From Bacteroidota bacterium (GTDB lineage: Bacteria; Bacteroidota; Bacteroidia; Bacteroidales; GCA-2748055), in NCBI GenBank assembly GCA_043797815.1, contig JAZDPG010000063.1:85232-149231 (forward strand): 64,000 nucleotides of DNA, written 5' to 3'. The position numbers were made by a program, and so were the translations under genes. Of the stretch, positions 35,058 to 47,200 are shown piece by piece. Numbering within the stretch: position 1 is the stretch's first letter; each line of letters begins with the position of its first letter. Under the pieces are notes generated by a model. It saw nothing but the letters and a program-made list of their open reading frames with translations, was not told where the DNA came from and ran no database searches.

Positions 35058-36461
35058 TCAGAAATAGCTGGAACCGTCCCAGCAATGGGTACACAGTTTT
35101 TCCTTTGGCAGGCCAATGGCCTCAACCAGGTCAGCCAGGTTCTGGTACATCAATGAGTCAATTCCCAGGTTTTTTGCAATCTGTTCCACCATGGCCCTGT
35201 ATTTTTCTGAGGAGGGATCGGCATACTCTTCCAGGTACTTCTCTTCGCCTTCCAACTGCTTGATGGCTTTTCGGGTGGCAAGTTCCATGGTTGACCTGGA
35301 TTGTGAAAAATTGAGATAATGACAGGGGAAGGTCAGCGGCGGACAGGCAATCCTCATATGGACCTCCTTTGCTCCGGCCATTCTCAGATCGATGGTATTG
35401 TCCTTAAGCTGTGTCCCCCTTACAATGGAATCATCACAGAAAACCATCCGCTTGCCCTCAATAACCCCACGGTTCGGAATCAGCTTCATTTTGGCCACCA
35501 GGTCTCTCATATCCTGGCTTTGGGGCATAAAGCTTCTGGGCCATGTGGGTGTGTATTTGGAATAGGCCCTTTTATAGGGAAGGCCATTGGCATTTCCATA
35601 GCCAATGGCATGTCCGACACCCGAATCGGGAATCCCGCATACAAAATCAGCATCCACCGAATCCCGTTTTGCCAGTGCTGCTCCGCAACGGTATCTTACC
35701 TCCTCCACGTTGATCCCTTCATAATAAGAGGGTGGGTAACCATAATAAACCCACAGAAAAGCACAGACCTGCATCTTCTTCCTTTCCGGTCTGAGGATGT
35801 TGTAGCCATCGGCAGTGATCTCAACAATCTCACCCGGACCCAGGTAATATTCGATTTCGTAACCTGTGTTGGGGAATGCACAGGTTTCAGAAGCAACGGC
35901 ATAGGAACCCTCTTTCCGGCCAATAATTATGGTGGTTCGGCCCAGTTTATCCCGTGCGGCAATCATCCTGCCGGAAGTAAGAATCAGCATGCTGCAGGAA
36001 CCTTTCACCCGGTCATGAACGCTTTCAATTCCCGAAACAAAATCGTCTGCTTCGCAGATCAGGTTTGCAACCACCTCTGTGGGATTGACGTTCCCCTCAA
36101 AGTTCTCGGTGAAGTGGTTTTTCTTTTTCAGGAAGGATTTCTCCAGCTCATCCAGGTTTACAATGCGGCTTACCGTAGTTACCGCAAAGCGGCCCATATG
36201 TGAGTTGAAAAGGATGGGCTGCGGATCAGTGTCACTGATGACCCCCATGCCGATGTTTCCGCTGAAATGATCCAGGTCCGGTTCAAACTTGCTTCGAAAA
36301 TAACCGTTTTCAAGGCTGTGTATGGATCTCATGAAACCTTCGGAAGGATTATAAAAAACCATTCCCGCCCTTTTGGTTCCCAGGTGAGAATGGTAATCGG
36401 TTCCATAGAACACATCATAAACACAATCCCGGCTGGAGATTGCTCCGAAAAAACCACTCAT
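35058..36461 (-). CDS. amidophosphoribosyltransferase-like protein (PurF paralogue with Ser in place of the N-terminal Cys)
   Basis: 467 aa; starts MSGFFGA rather than MCG; PRPP motif VFCDDSIVRGT; C-terminal Cys residues (CPPLTFPCH, CTHCWDG). Confidence 0.7.
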   Translation of the reverse strand: MSGFFGAISSRDCVYDVFYGTDYHSHLGTKRAGMVFYNPSEGFMRSIHSLENGYFRSKFEPDLDHFSGNIGMGVISDTDPQPILFNSHMGRFAVTTVSRIVNLDELEKSFLKKKNHFTENFEGNVNPTEVVANLICEADDFVSGIESVHDRVKGSCSMLILTSGRMIAARDKLGRTTIIIGRKEGSYAVASETCAFPNTGYEIEYYLGPGEIVEITADGYNILRPERKKMQVCAFLWVYYGYPPSYYEGINVEEVRYRCGAALAKRDSVDADFVCGIPDSGVGHAIGYGNANGLPYKRAYSKYTPTWPRSFMPQSQDMRDLVAKMKLIPNRGVIEGKRMVFCDDSIVRGTQLKDNTIDLRMAGAKEVHMRIACPPLTFPCHYLNFSQSRSTMELATRKAIKQLEGEEKYLEEYADPSSEKYRAMVEQIAKNLGIDSLMYQNLADLVEAIGLPKEKLCTHCWDGSSYF

Positions 36462-36529
36462 ATGACGTTGAAGTTATGGTGTATGGTCTGACTAAAACTA
36501 AACATTATTGTGTTTGGAATGAATGCGAA

Positions 36530-37861
36530 TTAGGGACGTGGAAATTGATCCTTAATCTCGATACAGACAATCCTGTTATCACTGCGAATATAAACCCGGT
36601 TCCCCGAAAGAGCAGGATGCGCCCAGGTCACCCCGTTTCTTGGATTGGGTGATATTTTCACGGGATCGATGATTCTGACCCTGCCCAGGTCCCGGTAACC
36701 TTCAGGACGAAATGTACCCAGCAAAAGTTCTCCGGTCTCATTAAAGCCCCAGACCTGGTCCCGCTGGCTTACCAGGTGTACATTGGCCCATCGCCCCCGG
36801 GGTACCAGGGTAAGGTTCTCCCATATCCGTTCACCGGTCAGGAGATTGAGGCAACGGGTCTCTCCATAGGACCCGATTCCGTACACATAGCCATTTCTCA
36901 CCAGCGGGGTGGAGATGGTGCTGTGAAGTGCCTCGGTTTCTGTTTCACTTTTTCCATGCCGGTGATAAAGCAAACGGGCAGTTGGTTTTTCCTCACCCAG
37001 TTCGAGAAGGTAGGAGCCGTCAAAAAAAGCGCTGAGAAAGAGGTATGGAGGATCATATACCGGATCAGCCACATTCATGATCATTTGCAGCGGATGAAAT
37101 GGGACTGACCAGTAAACCTCTCCGGTGCCCGGGTTCAGCCCGGTAATACTTTCACCGGTCCAGCAGACCAGTACCTGTCTGCCTGCCTGCCTGATCAGCA
37201 CAGGCGCAGCATAGGATGCCTCATCATCCAGGGCCCTCCACGCCTCTTTTCCAGTCTCAGAATGAAAAGCCACCATGCATGCCCCGTTCAGTCCTCCAAC
37301 CTGGACCACCAGGAGACCATTCACAAGGATTGGATTGGATGCCATTCCCCAGGTTGGGATCCGGCTTTGAAACTGCTCCATGGTATTGACGCTCCATACC
37401 ACATTTCCGGTAGCGGCATCCAGGCAATGCAGCTGCCCCATGGTCCCCCAGGCGTATGCCCTGTCCCCGCTTATCAGCACCGAGGCCCTGGGACCGGTAG
37501 GGTAGCCCACGTTATAGTCCAACGGGTAAGCATGGGACCACAACGGTTTCCCGTCGTTGGCATCCAGGCAGAGGATTCTCTCGTTTCCGTTCCAGTAATC
37601 CATGACATACACCCGGCCGTCTGCCACGGTTGGACCACTGTACCCGCTGCCGATGGGAACTTCCCAGATCTTATGTATGATTCCTGGGGTCAGCGAGTCC
37701 ACCTGCGGTCCATTGTACCAGGTTCCGGACCGGTCGGGGCCCCGCCACTGGGGCCAGTCAGTTGTAATAAGGTTATCCTGACAAAATGCATCCAGGGGAA
37801 GTGATCCTGTTATTAGGTTGACGGTTAAACAAAGGATTACGATTCGGACCATGGACTGCAT
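36530..37861 (-). CDS. PQQ-like / BamB-family beta-propeller repeat protein, exported
   Basis: 443 aa; signal peptide; repeated G.VY..D..G.L.CLDA.TG...W motifs. Confidence 0.8.
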   Translation of the reverse strand: MQSMVRIVILCLTVNLITGSLPLDAFCQDNLITTDWPQWRGPDRSGTWYNGPQVDSLTPGIIHKIWEVPIGSGYSGPTVADGRVYVMDYWNGNERILCLDANDGKPLWSHAYPLDYNVGYPTGPRASVLISGDRAYAWGTMGQLHCLDAATGNVVWSVNTMEQFQSRIPTWGMASNPILVNGLLVVQVGGLNGACMVAFHSETGKEAWRALDDEASYAAPVLIRQAGRQVLVCWTGESITGLNPGTGEVYWSVPFHPLQMIMNVADPVYDPPYLFLSAFFDGSYLLELGEEKPTARLLYHRHGKSETETEALHSTISTPLVRNGYVYGIGSYGETRCLNLLTGERIWENLTLVPRGRWANVHLVSQRDQVWGFNETGELLLGTFRPEGYRDLGRVRIIDPVKISPNPRNGVTWAHPALSGNRVYIRSDNRIVCIEIKDQFPRP

Positions 37862-38070
37862 TAAAGAAGAAGATGTTGTTTTTCCTGGTTTTTCCAGCCT
37901 GCCTGAGATTCATGCTTCACAAAACAGATCTTCAGGTCGGCCTGTGATTCGTACTTCACAAAATACACTTTTTTGTCGGCCTGAGATTCGTACTTCACTT
38001 TATATACCTTCTGTCCATGCAGGTGCAAAGGGATAAGAAGAAACATGGCGATGGTAAGGAATGGATTCAT
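37861..38070 (-). CDS. small exported repeat protein (three Y/H-ESQA-D/G repeats)
   Basis: 69 aa; signal peptide; KVKYESQADKKVYFVKYESQADLKICFVKHESQAGW; stop overlaps downstream start as TAATG. Confidence 0.6.
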   Translation of the reverse strand: MNPFLTIAMFLLIPLHLHGQKVYKVKYESQADKKVYFVKYESQADLKICFVKHESQAGWKNQEKQHLLL

Positions 38071-38107
38071 GTGTCAGGTCTGTTGGTTTATAGTTCCTGG
38101 TCAAAAA

Positions 38108-38584
38108 TCAATCCAAAGTGGGAGGTTTCTCACCTGGTTTGACAGGAAGGTTTGATTCTTTCTTCTTCCTGAAGGAGGAAGGAACCAGGTTAAATCCTTT
38201 GATCCCGAATTTTCGTGCCAGCAGCTCCAGTCCCACAAGTGAGACTACACCCCCCGGAAGAATCACCAGGGTGGCAAATACGGAGAACCTTCCCACATCC
38301 TTCAATTGTTCTAGGGCTTCCCTGACCTCATCTTCCGAGGGAGGGTCGGTTCTGCCGCTCAGGTCCAGTTTTGCTTCAAGCATTTTGAAAAAAGAGCGGG
38401 CCATCCGTTCTGTCTCGCCCGCCTCCTGTCCCACGGCCCTGACCCCTTCGTTAATGAGTTGGCTGGTTTTTGCAGCATATTTTCTGGCAAAGCGGTGGCT
38501 GCGAGAATCCTTCACCGGAAGATTCCATGCAGCTTCCTTCAGTTCCCTGAGTTTAGCGAATATGACAGATTGCTTTGGCATCAT
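38108..38584 (-). CDS. hypothetical protein with C-terminal membrane segment
   Basis: ORF 38108-38647 trimmed to ATG 38584 (MMPKQS); hydrophobic [23 protein letters not shown]; about 30-nt overlap with upstream gene. Confidence 0.5.
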   Translation of the reverse strand: MMPKQSVIFAKLRELKEAAWNLPVKDSRSHRFARKYAAKTSQLINEGVRAVGQEAGETERMARSFFKMLEAKLDLSGRTDPPSEDEVREALEQLKDVGRFSVFATLVILPGGVVSLVGLELLARKFGIKGFNLVPSSFRKKKESNLPVKPGEKPPTLD

Positions 38585-40577
38585 CAGGATTTTCAAGGGG
38601 CAACTGGCATACGTTGTCCCGGCATACAAAGATATGGGTTTTATCATTCAGGAACCGGTCCCTGAACAGGGGAAGGTCGCTCTCGGTGACCGAACCTGCC
38701 AGGATGGCATTGGGAATATAATCCTTTGAAAGTTTCTCCACAACTCCCTTGGCATCCGGTCCTGTTACAGCAATTTCGTAAAAGGGGTTATTCAGCATCA
38801 GCCACATACGGCCCCAGCCTGCATATCCGTTGGGGTACTGCCCGATCCTGTCAGATATTCCATTCACCATGGATTCTGATCGTTCCAGGTATTCCCTGTT
38901 TGTAAGGAGATGCCCCATCCGAAACAGGTTATGGGCCATCACCGAGTTGGATGAAGGGATCACATTGTCCTGTGTTTCGGCGTGGTGGGTAATCAGTACT
39001 TCCGAACCCGATGCACTGTAATGAAACATACCGGAACCCTGGTCATAAAACAAATCAAGGGTCCTGGCAGTCAAAATTGAGGCCAGCTCCAGCCAGGATG
39101 CATCCAGGCTTGTTTCAAACAGGTCCAGGCAGGCCCTGGTGTAGAGGGCATAATCAATGTGGAATCCGGGGATGGATCGCCTCCCGTTCTTGTAGTTCCT
39201 GTACAGAACCTTCTCACCATCCCAGATCTTCTCCCGGATGGTTATGGCGCACCTTGATGCCAACTGAAGGTACTTGGGATGCCCTGTAGCGCGGTACACC
39301 GTTACCAGTCCGGATATCATCATGGAATTCCAGGAAGTAAGGGATTTGTCATCCAGACCCGGCCGGACCCTTTTGCTTCTGGCTTCGAGCAGGATCTTGT
39401 TCCAGGACCTGATTTTTTCAATGAATATGTCTTTCCCCAGGGATCTTTCGGACGCAAAAGAACCGGGGTCGGATGTCCGGTATAAGATATATGAACCATG
39501 TTCCCAGAGTCCGGTGGTGTTGATGTTATAATATGCTGCAAAAAGGTCGAAGTCCCCCTTCAGCAATGATTCCAGCTCTTCCCGTGTCCACGTATAGAAT
39601 TTTCCCTCTTCCCCGTCACTGTCCGCATCCAGTGCACTGAAAAACATTCCGTCAGGGCCCATCATCTCCCTTTCCAGGAATTCAACACTTTGCTCCAAAA
39701 CCATCAGGAAATTCTCATTTCCATATACCTGGAAGCCTTCTGCATAGAGACCCACGAGCTGTGCATTGTCATACAGCATTTTTTCGAAGTGGGGGACTTT
39801 CCAGATGCGGTCTACCGAATACCTTGAAAATCCACCCCCTGCCTGGTCATAAATACCTCCCCTGGCCATTTTGATAAGCGTTTTCTCTACAAATCCGAGA
39901 ACGGCTTTATCACCGTATTGATATCCATAATGAAGCAGAAACGCCAGGTTCACCGGCATGGGAAATTTGGGAGCGCCCTCCATGCCTCCGTACACACCAT
40001 CAAACTGTCCGGACCAGTTCTCAACAGCAGTTCTTAAACCGGAACCATCGAGAGGATGGATGCCCTGTTCACCATGGAAAAGGGAGTTACGGCGGAGGCC
40101 TTCGGCCAGCTGGGATGCATATTGTTCTGTTTCCTCAGGATGTTCGTGGTGGTAGGCGTTAACCTGGCTGAGAATATTCAACCATTGTTCCCGGGGTAGA
40201 TAGGTCCCGCCCCAGATGGGACGACCGTCGGGGAGTGCAATGCAATTCAGCGGCCAGCCACCCTGCTGGTTCATCATATGTACGACCGTCATGTAAATGT
40301 GGTCAATATCGGGCCGCTCTTCCCTGTCCACTTTGATACTTACAAAATGATCGTTCATCAATTTTGCTACGTTGGTGTCTTCGAAGCTCTCATATTCCAT
40401 CACATGACACCAGTGGCATGAGGAATACCCAATGCTTACAACAAGGAGCTTTTTCTCTTCCCGGGCCTTTTGAAGCGCCTCTTCCCCCCACGGAAACCAG
40501 TCCACCGGATTGTGGGCATGCTGAAGGAGATAGGGGCTGGATTCATTGGCCAGGGCATTGGTGTGTGGATGATCCAT
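38553..40577 (-). CDS. thioredoxin-domain protein (DUF255/YyaL-like, N-terminal thioredoxin fold + alpha/alpha-toroid)
   Basis: 674 aa; [18 protein letters not shown]...[12 protein letters not shown] signature. Confidence 0.9.
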   Translation of the reverse strand: MDHPHTNALANESSPYLLQHAHNPVDWFPWGEEALQKAREEKKLLVVSIGYSSCHWCHVMEYESFEDTNVAKLMNDHFVSIKVDREERPDIDHIYMTVVHMMNQQGGWPLNCIALPDGRPIWGGTYLPREQWLNILSQVNAYHHEHPEETEQYASQLAEGLRRNSLFHGEQGIHPLDGSGLRTAVENWSGQFDGVYGGMEGAPKFPMPVNLAFLLHYGYQYGDKAVLGFVEKTLIKMARGGIYDQAGGGFSRYSVDRIWKVPHFEKMLYDNAQLVGLYAEGFQVYGNENFLMVLEQSVEFLEREMMGPDGMFFSALDADSDGEEGKFYTWTREELESLLKGDFDLFAAYYNINTTGLWEHGSYILYRTSDPGSFASERSLGKDIFIEKIRSWNKILLEARSKRVRPGLDDKSLTSWNSMMISGLVTVYRATGHPKYLQLASRCAITIREKIWDGEKVLYRNYKNGRRSIPGFHIDYALYTRACLDLFETSLDASWLELASILTARTLDLFYDQGSGMFHYSASGSEVLITHHAETQDNVIPSSNSVMAHNLFRMGHLLTNREYLERSESMVNGISDRIGQYPNGYAGWGRMWLMLNNPFYEIAVTGPDAKGVVEKLSKDYIPNAILAGSVTESDLPLFRDRFLNDKTHIFVCRDNVCQLPLENPDDAKAICHIR

Positions 40578-40686
40578 CTGGGTTCATTTTTAAGAAGTTC
40601 AGGACATAGGTGCAAACAAGACAGGGGCGATGAAGATTGGCATCAGAAAAACAATTGTCCATTCAGATTGTTCCTTTTAATTGAAT

Positions 40687-40694
40687 TATCTTTG
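40687..40694 (+). promoter_or_regulatory. Bacteroidota -7 promoter box (TATCTTTG)
   Basis: Exact TAnnTTTG match 29 nt upstream of the gpmI ATG. Confidence 0.4.
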
Positions 40695-40722
40695 TGCGCT
40701 TAGAAATTTTAGTAAAAAGACC

Positions 40723-42246
40723 ATGAGTCAGAAGAAAACAATGTTGATGATCCTCGATGGATGGGGCATCGGGAAAGGAGATAAAAGCGACGTGATCAGC
40801 CAGGTACCCACACCCAACATGGACCGGCTGAAAAAGGAGTACCCCTCTTCCCGCCTGTTTGCATCGGGGGAGGATGTGGGTCTGCCCCACGGACAGATGG
40901 GCAATTCAGAGGTAGGGCATCTTAACATTGGTGCTGGCCGCATTGTTTACCAGGACCTGGTGAAAATCAACATTGCCATTCGTGACAATACCATTGTGAA
41001 GAACCCGGCACTGAGAGATGCATTCTCCTATGCCCGGGACAAAGGGAAACAAGTGCACTTCATGGGATTGCTTTCCGACGGAGGGGTGCATTCACTGGAC
41101 GAGCACCTCTATAAGCTTTGCGACATGACCGGAACCTATGGAATCAGGGATGTATTTATTCACGGTTTTGGAGACGGAAGGGATACCGATCCCCAGAGTG
41201 GGAAAGGTTATCTGACAGAACTGAACAAACACCTGGCCGGTTCCAACGGAAAAATAGCTTCCTTCGTTGGCCGGTATTACGCCATGGACCGTGATAAGCG
41301 GTGGGAACGTGTAAAAGTGGCTTATGACCTGCTCGTACACGGAAAAGGACAAGCAACCACTGATGTAATTGCCGCCATCCAGGAATCCTATGACAAAGGT
41401 ATAACCGATGAATTTGTGATGCCTGTTGTGGTGGTGGATGATGCCGGCAAGCCGGTTGGAAACCTTCGGGAGGGTGATGTGGTGATCTTCTTTAATTTCA
41501 GGAATGACCGGGCCAAGGAGCTGACCATTGCACTGACCCAGAAAGATATGCCTGAAGCCGGAATGTTTACCATTCCGTTGTATTACTGTACCATGACGCC
41601 TTATGATGCTACCTTCAAAGGATTGCATATTATTTACGATAAGGACAACGTAACCAATACCATGGGAGAAGTTGTTTCCCGGGCCGGACTCAGCCAACTG
41701 AGGATTGCAGAGACCGAAAAATATGCCCATGTAACCTTCTTCTTCTCGGGTGGGAGGGAACAGGTATTTGAAAAAGAAAACAGGATACTGATCCCCTCAC
41801 CCAAGGTGGCCACCTATGACCTTCTGCCGGAAATGAGCGCTTATGGAGTAAAAGATGCAGTCATCAAATCCATCAATGAAGAACAGCCCGCATTCATCTG
41901 CCTCAATTTTGCAAATGGAGATATGGTCGGGCATACAGGTGTTTATGAATCCATTAAAAAGGCGGTTGCTACCGTGGATGATTGCGTTGGGCTGGTGGTG
42001 GACGCTGCACGGAAGCAAAACTATGATGTGATGATCATCGCTGATCATGGGAACGCAGACAATGCGGTGAATCCCGATGGTTCGCCCAATACAGCACACT
42101 CCCTGAACCCGGTTCCATGTATCCTGGTAAGCCCGGATTACAAAAGGATTAAAGAAGGTATCCTTGCCGATGTGGCGCCTACGCTACTCTATATAATGGG
42201 TTTGGAAAGGCCTGAAGAGATGAACGGCAAGGTATTGGTATTATAG
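40723..42246 (+). CDS. gpmI: 2,3-bisphosphoglycerate-independent phosphoglycerate mutase
   Basis: ORF 40681-42246 trimmed to ATG 40723 ([15 protein letters not shown]); [21 protein letters not shown] motifs. Confidence 0.95.
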   Translation: MSQKKTMLMILDGWGIGKGDKSDVISQVPTPNMDRLKKEYPSSRLFASGEDVGLPHGQMGNSEVGHLNIGAGRIVYQDLVKINIAIRDNTIVKNPALRDAFSYARDKGKQVHFMGLLSDGGVHSLDEHLYKLCDMTGTYGIRDVFIHGFGDGRDTDPQSGKGYLTELNKHLAGSNGKIASFVGRYYAMDRDKRWERVKVAYDLLVHGKGQATTDVIAAIQESYDKGITDEFVMPVVVVDDAGKPVGNLREGDVVIFFNFRNDRAKELTIALTQKDMPEAGMFTIPLYYCTMTPYDATFKGLHIIYDKDNVTNTMGEVVSRAGLSQLRIAETEKYAHVTFFFSGGREQVFEKENRILIPSPKVATYDLLPEMSAYGVKDAVIKSINEEQPAFICLNFANGDMVGHTGVYESIKKAVATVDDCVGLVVDAARKQNYDVMIIADHGNADNAVNPDGSPNTAHSLNPVPCILVSPDYKRIKEGILADVAPTLLYIMGLERPEEMNGKVLVL

Positions 42247-42936
42247 CATCGAACGGGATTTTAGTGCACCCACAATGATATTGGTCATATCTTCCTGCTC
42301 CAGGGTCATGCAGTTCAGTTTGATATCGAACCGGGTGTAATCATTTCCCTTGCCCTGGTAATAGTCTCTGAAAAGCGACCGCTTTTTATCGATGTTCTGG
42401 GCAAAAGTGCGGGCCTGATCAATGGTGTAATTGTGTTTTTCTGCCACCCTGATGGCCCTCCATTCAAGGGGAGCTTCAAGGAATATATGGAGTGATTTTG
42501 GAATATCCCTTGTGATGGCCACACCTCCCCTTCCCACAATGATGGCATTGCCTTCATTGGCAAACCGGCGGATCACCCTGGCGATGGTGGTTCTGATCTT
42601 CAGGTCCGATTTATAGTAATCCTTGGATTGCGCCAGCAACAGGTCTTCCAGCACCCCCCTGCTTTTATATTCGAATACATGCTGGATCTGGCTGGAATCC
42701 ACTTCCAGTTCCCTGGCAGACTCCTGAAGGATTTCTTTGCTGATCCAGCGCCAGGGATGATCCTTTGCTTTCATTCTCTTCAGTGAGTTGAGCCGTTCGG
42801 TGAGGCTGATTGCAAGTGTTTTGGCAGGACAGCCAAGTTCCCTGGAAATGGTGACGACCGGTCCCGGGTAGATGTTTTTTGCCGGTTCTTCTTTATACCA
42901 GTCGGCCAGGTATTTTGTAAGATCAATGTTCGTCAT
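42241..42936 (-). CDS. cytidylate kinase-like family protein
   Basis: ORF 42241-43065 trimmed to ATG 42936; VTISRELGC...AIIVGRGG pattern. Confidence 0.65.
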   Translation of the reverse strand: MTNIDLTKYLADWYKEEPAKNIYPGPVVTISRELGCPAKTLAISLTERLNSLKRMKAKDHPWRWISKEILQESARELEVDSSQIQHVFEYKSRGVLEDLLLAQSKDYYKSDLKIRTTIARVIRRFANEGNAIIVGRGGVAITRDIPKSLHIFLEAPLEWRAIRVAEKHNYTIDQARTFAQNIDKKRSLFRDYYQGKGNDYTRFDIKLNCMTLEQEDMTNIIVGALKSRSML

Positions 42937-43117
42937 AGAGACAAAACTGGAGTTCCCTGTCAAATTACCATTTTTACAGCTAAAAGTCAAGTGTTCTGCC
43001 CCCAAGCTGTAAAACAACGCAGCATACAAACGAGAAAATATTACATTTATACGCAGGTGGTCCAACTGCCCATTGAACCATTTTCTTAATAGAATGTTAA
43101 CCTAAAAACCCTGAACT

Positions 43118-44056
43118 ATGAACAAAATTACTGTAATCGGTGCAGGAAACGTAGGTGCAACCTGTGCCAACGTGATTGCCCACAAAGACCTGGCTAATGA
43201 AATTGTCCTGATTGATGTGAAGGAAGGACTCGCGGAAGGGAAAGCCCTGGATATATGGCAAACCTCATCCATCAATCACTTTAACACCCGTGTGACCGGT
43301 TCCACCAATGACTACCTGAAGACCAAAGGATCGGGCATCATTGTGATCACCTCCGGCATCCCACGGAAACCGGGCATGTCACGAGATGACCTGATCAAGA
43401 CCAATGCCAGCATAGTTAAGGATGTGACCGAGAAAGCCATCAAGTATTCTCCTGATGCCATTATCATTGTGGTTTCCAATCCGCTGGACGTGATGACTTA
43501 TGCGGCATTCCTTGCAGCCAACAAGGATCCCCATAAAGTATTCGGGATGGCCGGTATTCTTGACACGGGTCGATACAAAGCATTCCTGGCCGATGCCCTG
43601 AGTGTATCTCCCAGTGACATTCATGCCATGCTCCTTGGAGGACATGGGGATACCATGGTTCCCCTTCCCAGGTATACCTCTGTAAGTGGTATTCCGGTAA
43701 CAGAACTGCTGGGCCCGGATGTGATCGACAAGATTGTGGACCGAACCCGCAAAGGCGGTGGCGAATTGGTAAGCCTGATGGGGACCTCCGCCTGGTATGC
43801 ACCCGGAGCAGCGGTATCACAAATGGTTGAGGCTATCGTGGATAACCAAAAGCGGATCTTCCCCGTATGTGCCTACCTGAACGGTGAATACGGCCAAAAG
43901 AACATCTACCTGGGCGTACCGGTGAAACTTGGTAAGAACGGAGTGGAAGAGATCATAGAAATCAGCCTGAATGCAGAAGAAAAGAGTTTGCTGAAGTCTT
44001 CTGCCGAAAGTGTGAAACAGGTGATGAAAGTGCTGGATGACCTGAAGTTGTTCTGA
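43118..44056 (+). CDS. mdh: malate dehydrogenase
   Basis: 312 aa; KITVIGAGNVGAT...ITSGIPRKPGMSRDDL...GGHGD LDH/MDH motifs. Confidence 0.95.
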   Translation: MNKITVIGAGNVGATCANVIAHKDLANEIVLIDVKEGLAEGKALDIWQTSSINHFNTRVTGSTNDYLKTKGSGIIVITSGIPRKPGMSRDDLIKTNASIVKDVTEKAIKYSPDAIIIVVSNPLDVMTYAAFLAANKDPHKVFGMAGILDTGRYKAFLADALSVSPSDIHAMLLGGHGDTMVPLPRYTSVSGIPVTELLGPDVIDKIVDRTRKGGGELVSLMGTSAWYAPGAAVSQMVEAIVDNQKRIFPVCAYLNGEYGQKNIYLGVPVKLGKNGVEEIIEISLNAEEKSLLKSSAESVKQVMKVLDDLKLF

Positions 44057-44100
44057 AAGTAATCTGTAACCATCCGGTTTACAACCGGTTAGAATATGGG

Positions 44101-44143
44101 AATTACGCAGCCGGGGCATGATCCGGTTGCGTAATTTTTTTTA
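44101..44143 (+). terminator. rho-independent terminator after mdh
   Basis: aattacgcagccgg / ccggttgcgtaatt 14-bp stem (one G-U), 8-nt loop, followed by a run of T. Confidence 0.8.
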
Positions 44144-44173
44144 TCTTCCTTCAGAAGTGCGGAAAATAAGTGC

Positions 44174-44181
44174 TATATTTG
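44174..44181 (+). promoter_or_regulatory. Bacteroidota -7 promoter box (TATATTTG)
   Basis: Exact TAnnTTTG match 50 nt upstream of the secDF ATG. Confidence 0.45.
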
Positions 44182-44230
44182 CGGCCTATTCAAAAAAATA
44201 ACCAAGTAACTATTAATAAACTAGTTAAAA

Positions 44231-47200
44231 ATGCAGAATAAAGGTGCTATCAGGTTGTTTACCATCATTCTGGCCATTGTCAGTGTATACCAGCTCTTGT
44301 TTACTGTTTTCTCGCAGAAAGTAGAAAAGGATGCAAGGACCCTTTCAAATGGAGATGTCAGGATGGAGCGTTCATACCTGGATTCCATGAAGGGCGAGGT
44401 CGTTTATAATGTCCTCTTTAAAAAATATACATATCAGGATTGTAAGGAGAGGGAAATCAACCTCGGACTTGACCTGAAAGGTGGAATGAATGTGATCCTT
44501 GAGATCGCGGTCGAAGATATTGTCAGGTCCATTGCTGCTCCGCAATACCTGACCGATCCGGTTTTCACCGAAACTATGGCCCTGGCCCATCAGAAGAAGA
44601 CAAACAGTCAGAGCGATTTTGTTGATCTCTTTGCAGAAGCCTTCGAAGAGTTGAATCCGGGGGCCCAGCTGGCTCAGTTTTTTATGACACCGGAGACCAG
44701 GGGTGAAATTGATTTTAATACATCCAACCAGGAGGTGGTGGATTTCCTGAAGATTGAAGCTGAGTCGGCCATTGACAATTCTTACAATGTTTTGCGGAAC
44801 AGGATCGACCGCTTTGGCGTGGTTCAGCTGAATATCCAGAAACTGGAACGCCAGGGACGTATCCTTGTGGAACTTCCCGGTGTGAAAGAACCTGAAAGGG
44901 TGGCCAAACTGCTCACCGGAACGGCAAACCTGGAATTCTGGACCACCTATTCTGCACCTGAAGTCTGGACTTACCTTGAACGGGCAAATAATACACTGGC
45001 CACGATTTTAAGTGTTGATGCGCCGGAAACAGTGGGTGAAACGGGCTCATCAGTGTCTGCTGAAAGCGGAGAGCCGGAGTCAATCCTGGAAATTCCCCAG
45101 GACGAACTGCTTCTGGATACTGCCGGGCTTGATCTGCTTTCCGGCCTGGATTCAACTTCGGTTCTGGATGACCAGGAAGCACAGTTTTACAAGGAGAATC
45201 CGCTGATAGCAGTTTTGACTCCTTACCTTGATAACGAGCGGAATTTTATTCCCGGATCCACCGTGGGGGTGGTCCTGCTGAAGGATACGGCCAAAGTAAA
45301 TGCATATCTTTCCATTCCCCAGATCAAGCAGCTTTTCCCTTCAGACATGAAATTTTCATGGCACTTCCAGGCTGATGGAACAGAGCAGCAATTTATAAGG
45401 CTTCATGCACTGAAGGCCACCAGGAATGGCCAGCCTGCCCTGGATGGCAAGTATGTAACCGATGCAAGGGTTGGAACCGATCCTTATACCGGCGAATTCA
45501 ATGTAAGCATGAACATGAATTCGGAAGGTGCAAAAAGGTGGGCAAACCTTACCCGTGAAAATGTTGGTGAAGCCCTGGCAATCGTCCTTGATGGATTGGT
45601 TTATTCTGCTCCGACAGTCAATGAAGAGATAAAAGGAGGCAGTTCGTCCATCTCAGGGAATTTTACACAGACTGATGCGGATGACCTGGCCAATATACTG
45701 AAATCAGGGAAGATGCCGGCTCGGGCAAGGATCGAATCCAGTGAAGTGATTGGTCCCTCGCTTGGAGCCAAATCCGTCAAAGATGGCATGCATTCATTCC
45801 TGATCGCTTTTGTGGTGGTCCTTGCATACATGATCTTCTACTACAGCCGCAGAGCCGGGTTGGTAGCTGATATAGCGCTGATGGCCAACATGTTTTTTCT
45901 CGTTGGTGTACTTGCATCGCTTCAGGCTGTCCTGACCCTTCCGGGTATAGCGGGTATTGTGCTTACCATCGGTATGTCGGTGGATGCCAATGTGCTGATT
46001 TATGAAAGGATCCGTGAGGAACTAAGTGCAGGGAAGAATCTGAAGACAGCCGTCAAGGATGGTTACAAGAATGCATATTCTGCCATTTTTGATGCCCAGA
46101 TTACAACCTTCCTTACAGGTCTGATCCTGTTTTTCTTCGGAACCGGACCCATCAAAGGTTTTGCTACCACCCTGGTTATTGGTATCCTGACCTCCTTGTT
46201 CAGTGGCATTATACTGACCAGGCTCATATACGAAGGAATGCTGGCCAAGGGAAGAAACATCACTTTTGACACCAGGATCACCAGGAACTTTTTTAAAAAT
46301 ACCAAGATCGATTTCATCGGAAAAAGAAAAATCTTTTATCTGATCTCCGGAACGATCATGTTGGCCGGTGTGGTATCCCTGGCTACACGCGGATTGAACC
46401 TGGGCGTGGACTTCTCCGGTGGACGGAATTATGTCATTGCTTTCCACCATGACGTGGAAACGGTAGAAGTGCAGAGCAGTCTTGCCGGTGCGTTTGGTGA
46501 AACCCCGTTGGTCATTACCTATGGCAACAAGAGCACGGTAAGGGTGACCACCAAGTATCTGATTGACGATGAAAGTCCCACGGTTGACTCTGTTATTGTA
46601 GCACAGATGTATAAGGGATTGAAGCCTTACCTGGACGATGGCGCAACCCTGGATGAATTTTTGAACGGACAGGAATATATCATCTCAGCCATCAAGGTTG
46701 GCCCAACCATTGCGAATGATATCAAACGGGTGGCAGTCATTGTGATCTTTGCCTCCCTGTTGATCATTTTCCTCTATATCCTGATCCGGTTCCGAAACTG
46801 GCAATTTGGACTGGGAGCCGTTGTTGCCCTGATGCACGATGTGCTTATTGTGATCGGGCTTTTCTCCCTCCTGCATGGGTTCATGCCCTTTTCTCTCGAG
46901 CTTGACCAATCCTTCATTGCGGCCATCCTTACCGTAGTGGGTTACTCCATCAACGATACCGTGGTTATTTTTGACCGGATCAGGGAGTATGTGGGGCTTC
47001 AGAAGAAACGTGAGCGCAGGGAAATTTTCAACGCTGCCCTGAACAGTACACTGAGTCGTACTTTCAGTACCTCTTTGAGTACCTTTTTTGTTTTGCTGGC
47101 CATTTTTATTTTCGGCGGTGATGTGATCAGGGGCTTTATCTTCGCCTTGCTGATCGGTGTTGTGGTAGGTACCTATTCATCCCTGTTCATTGCCACACCG

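Noticed and set aside
35319-36203. 294-aa plus-strand ORF
   Set aside because: It is antisense to the PurF-like gene.
38118-38729. 203-aa plus-strand ORF
   Set aside because: It is antisense to two minus-strand genes and has S/P/T-rich low-complexity translation.
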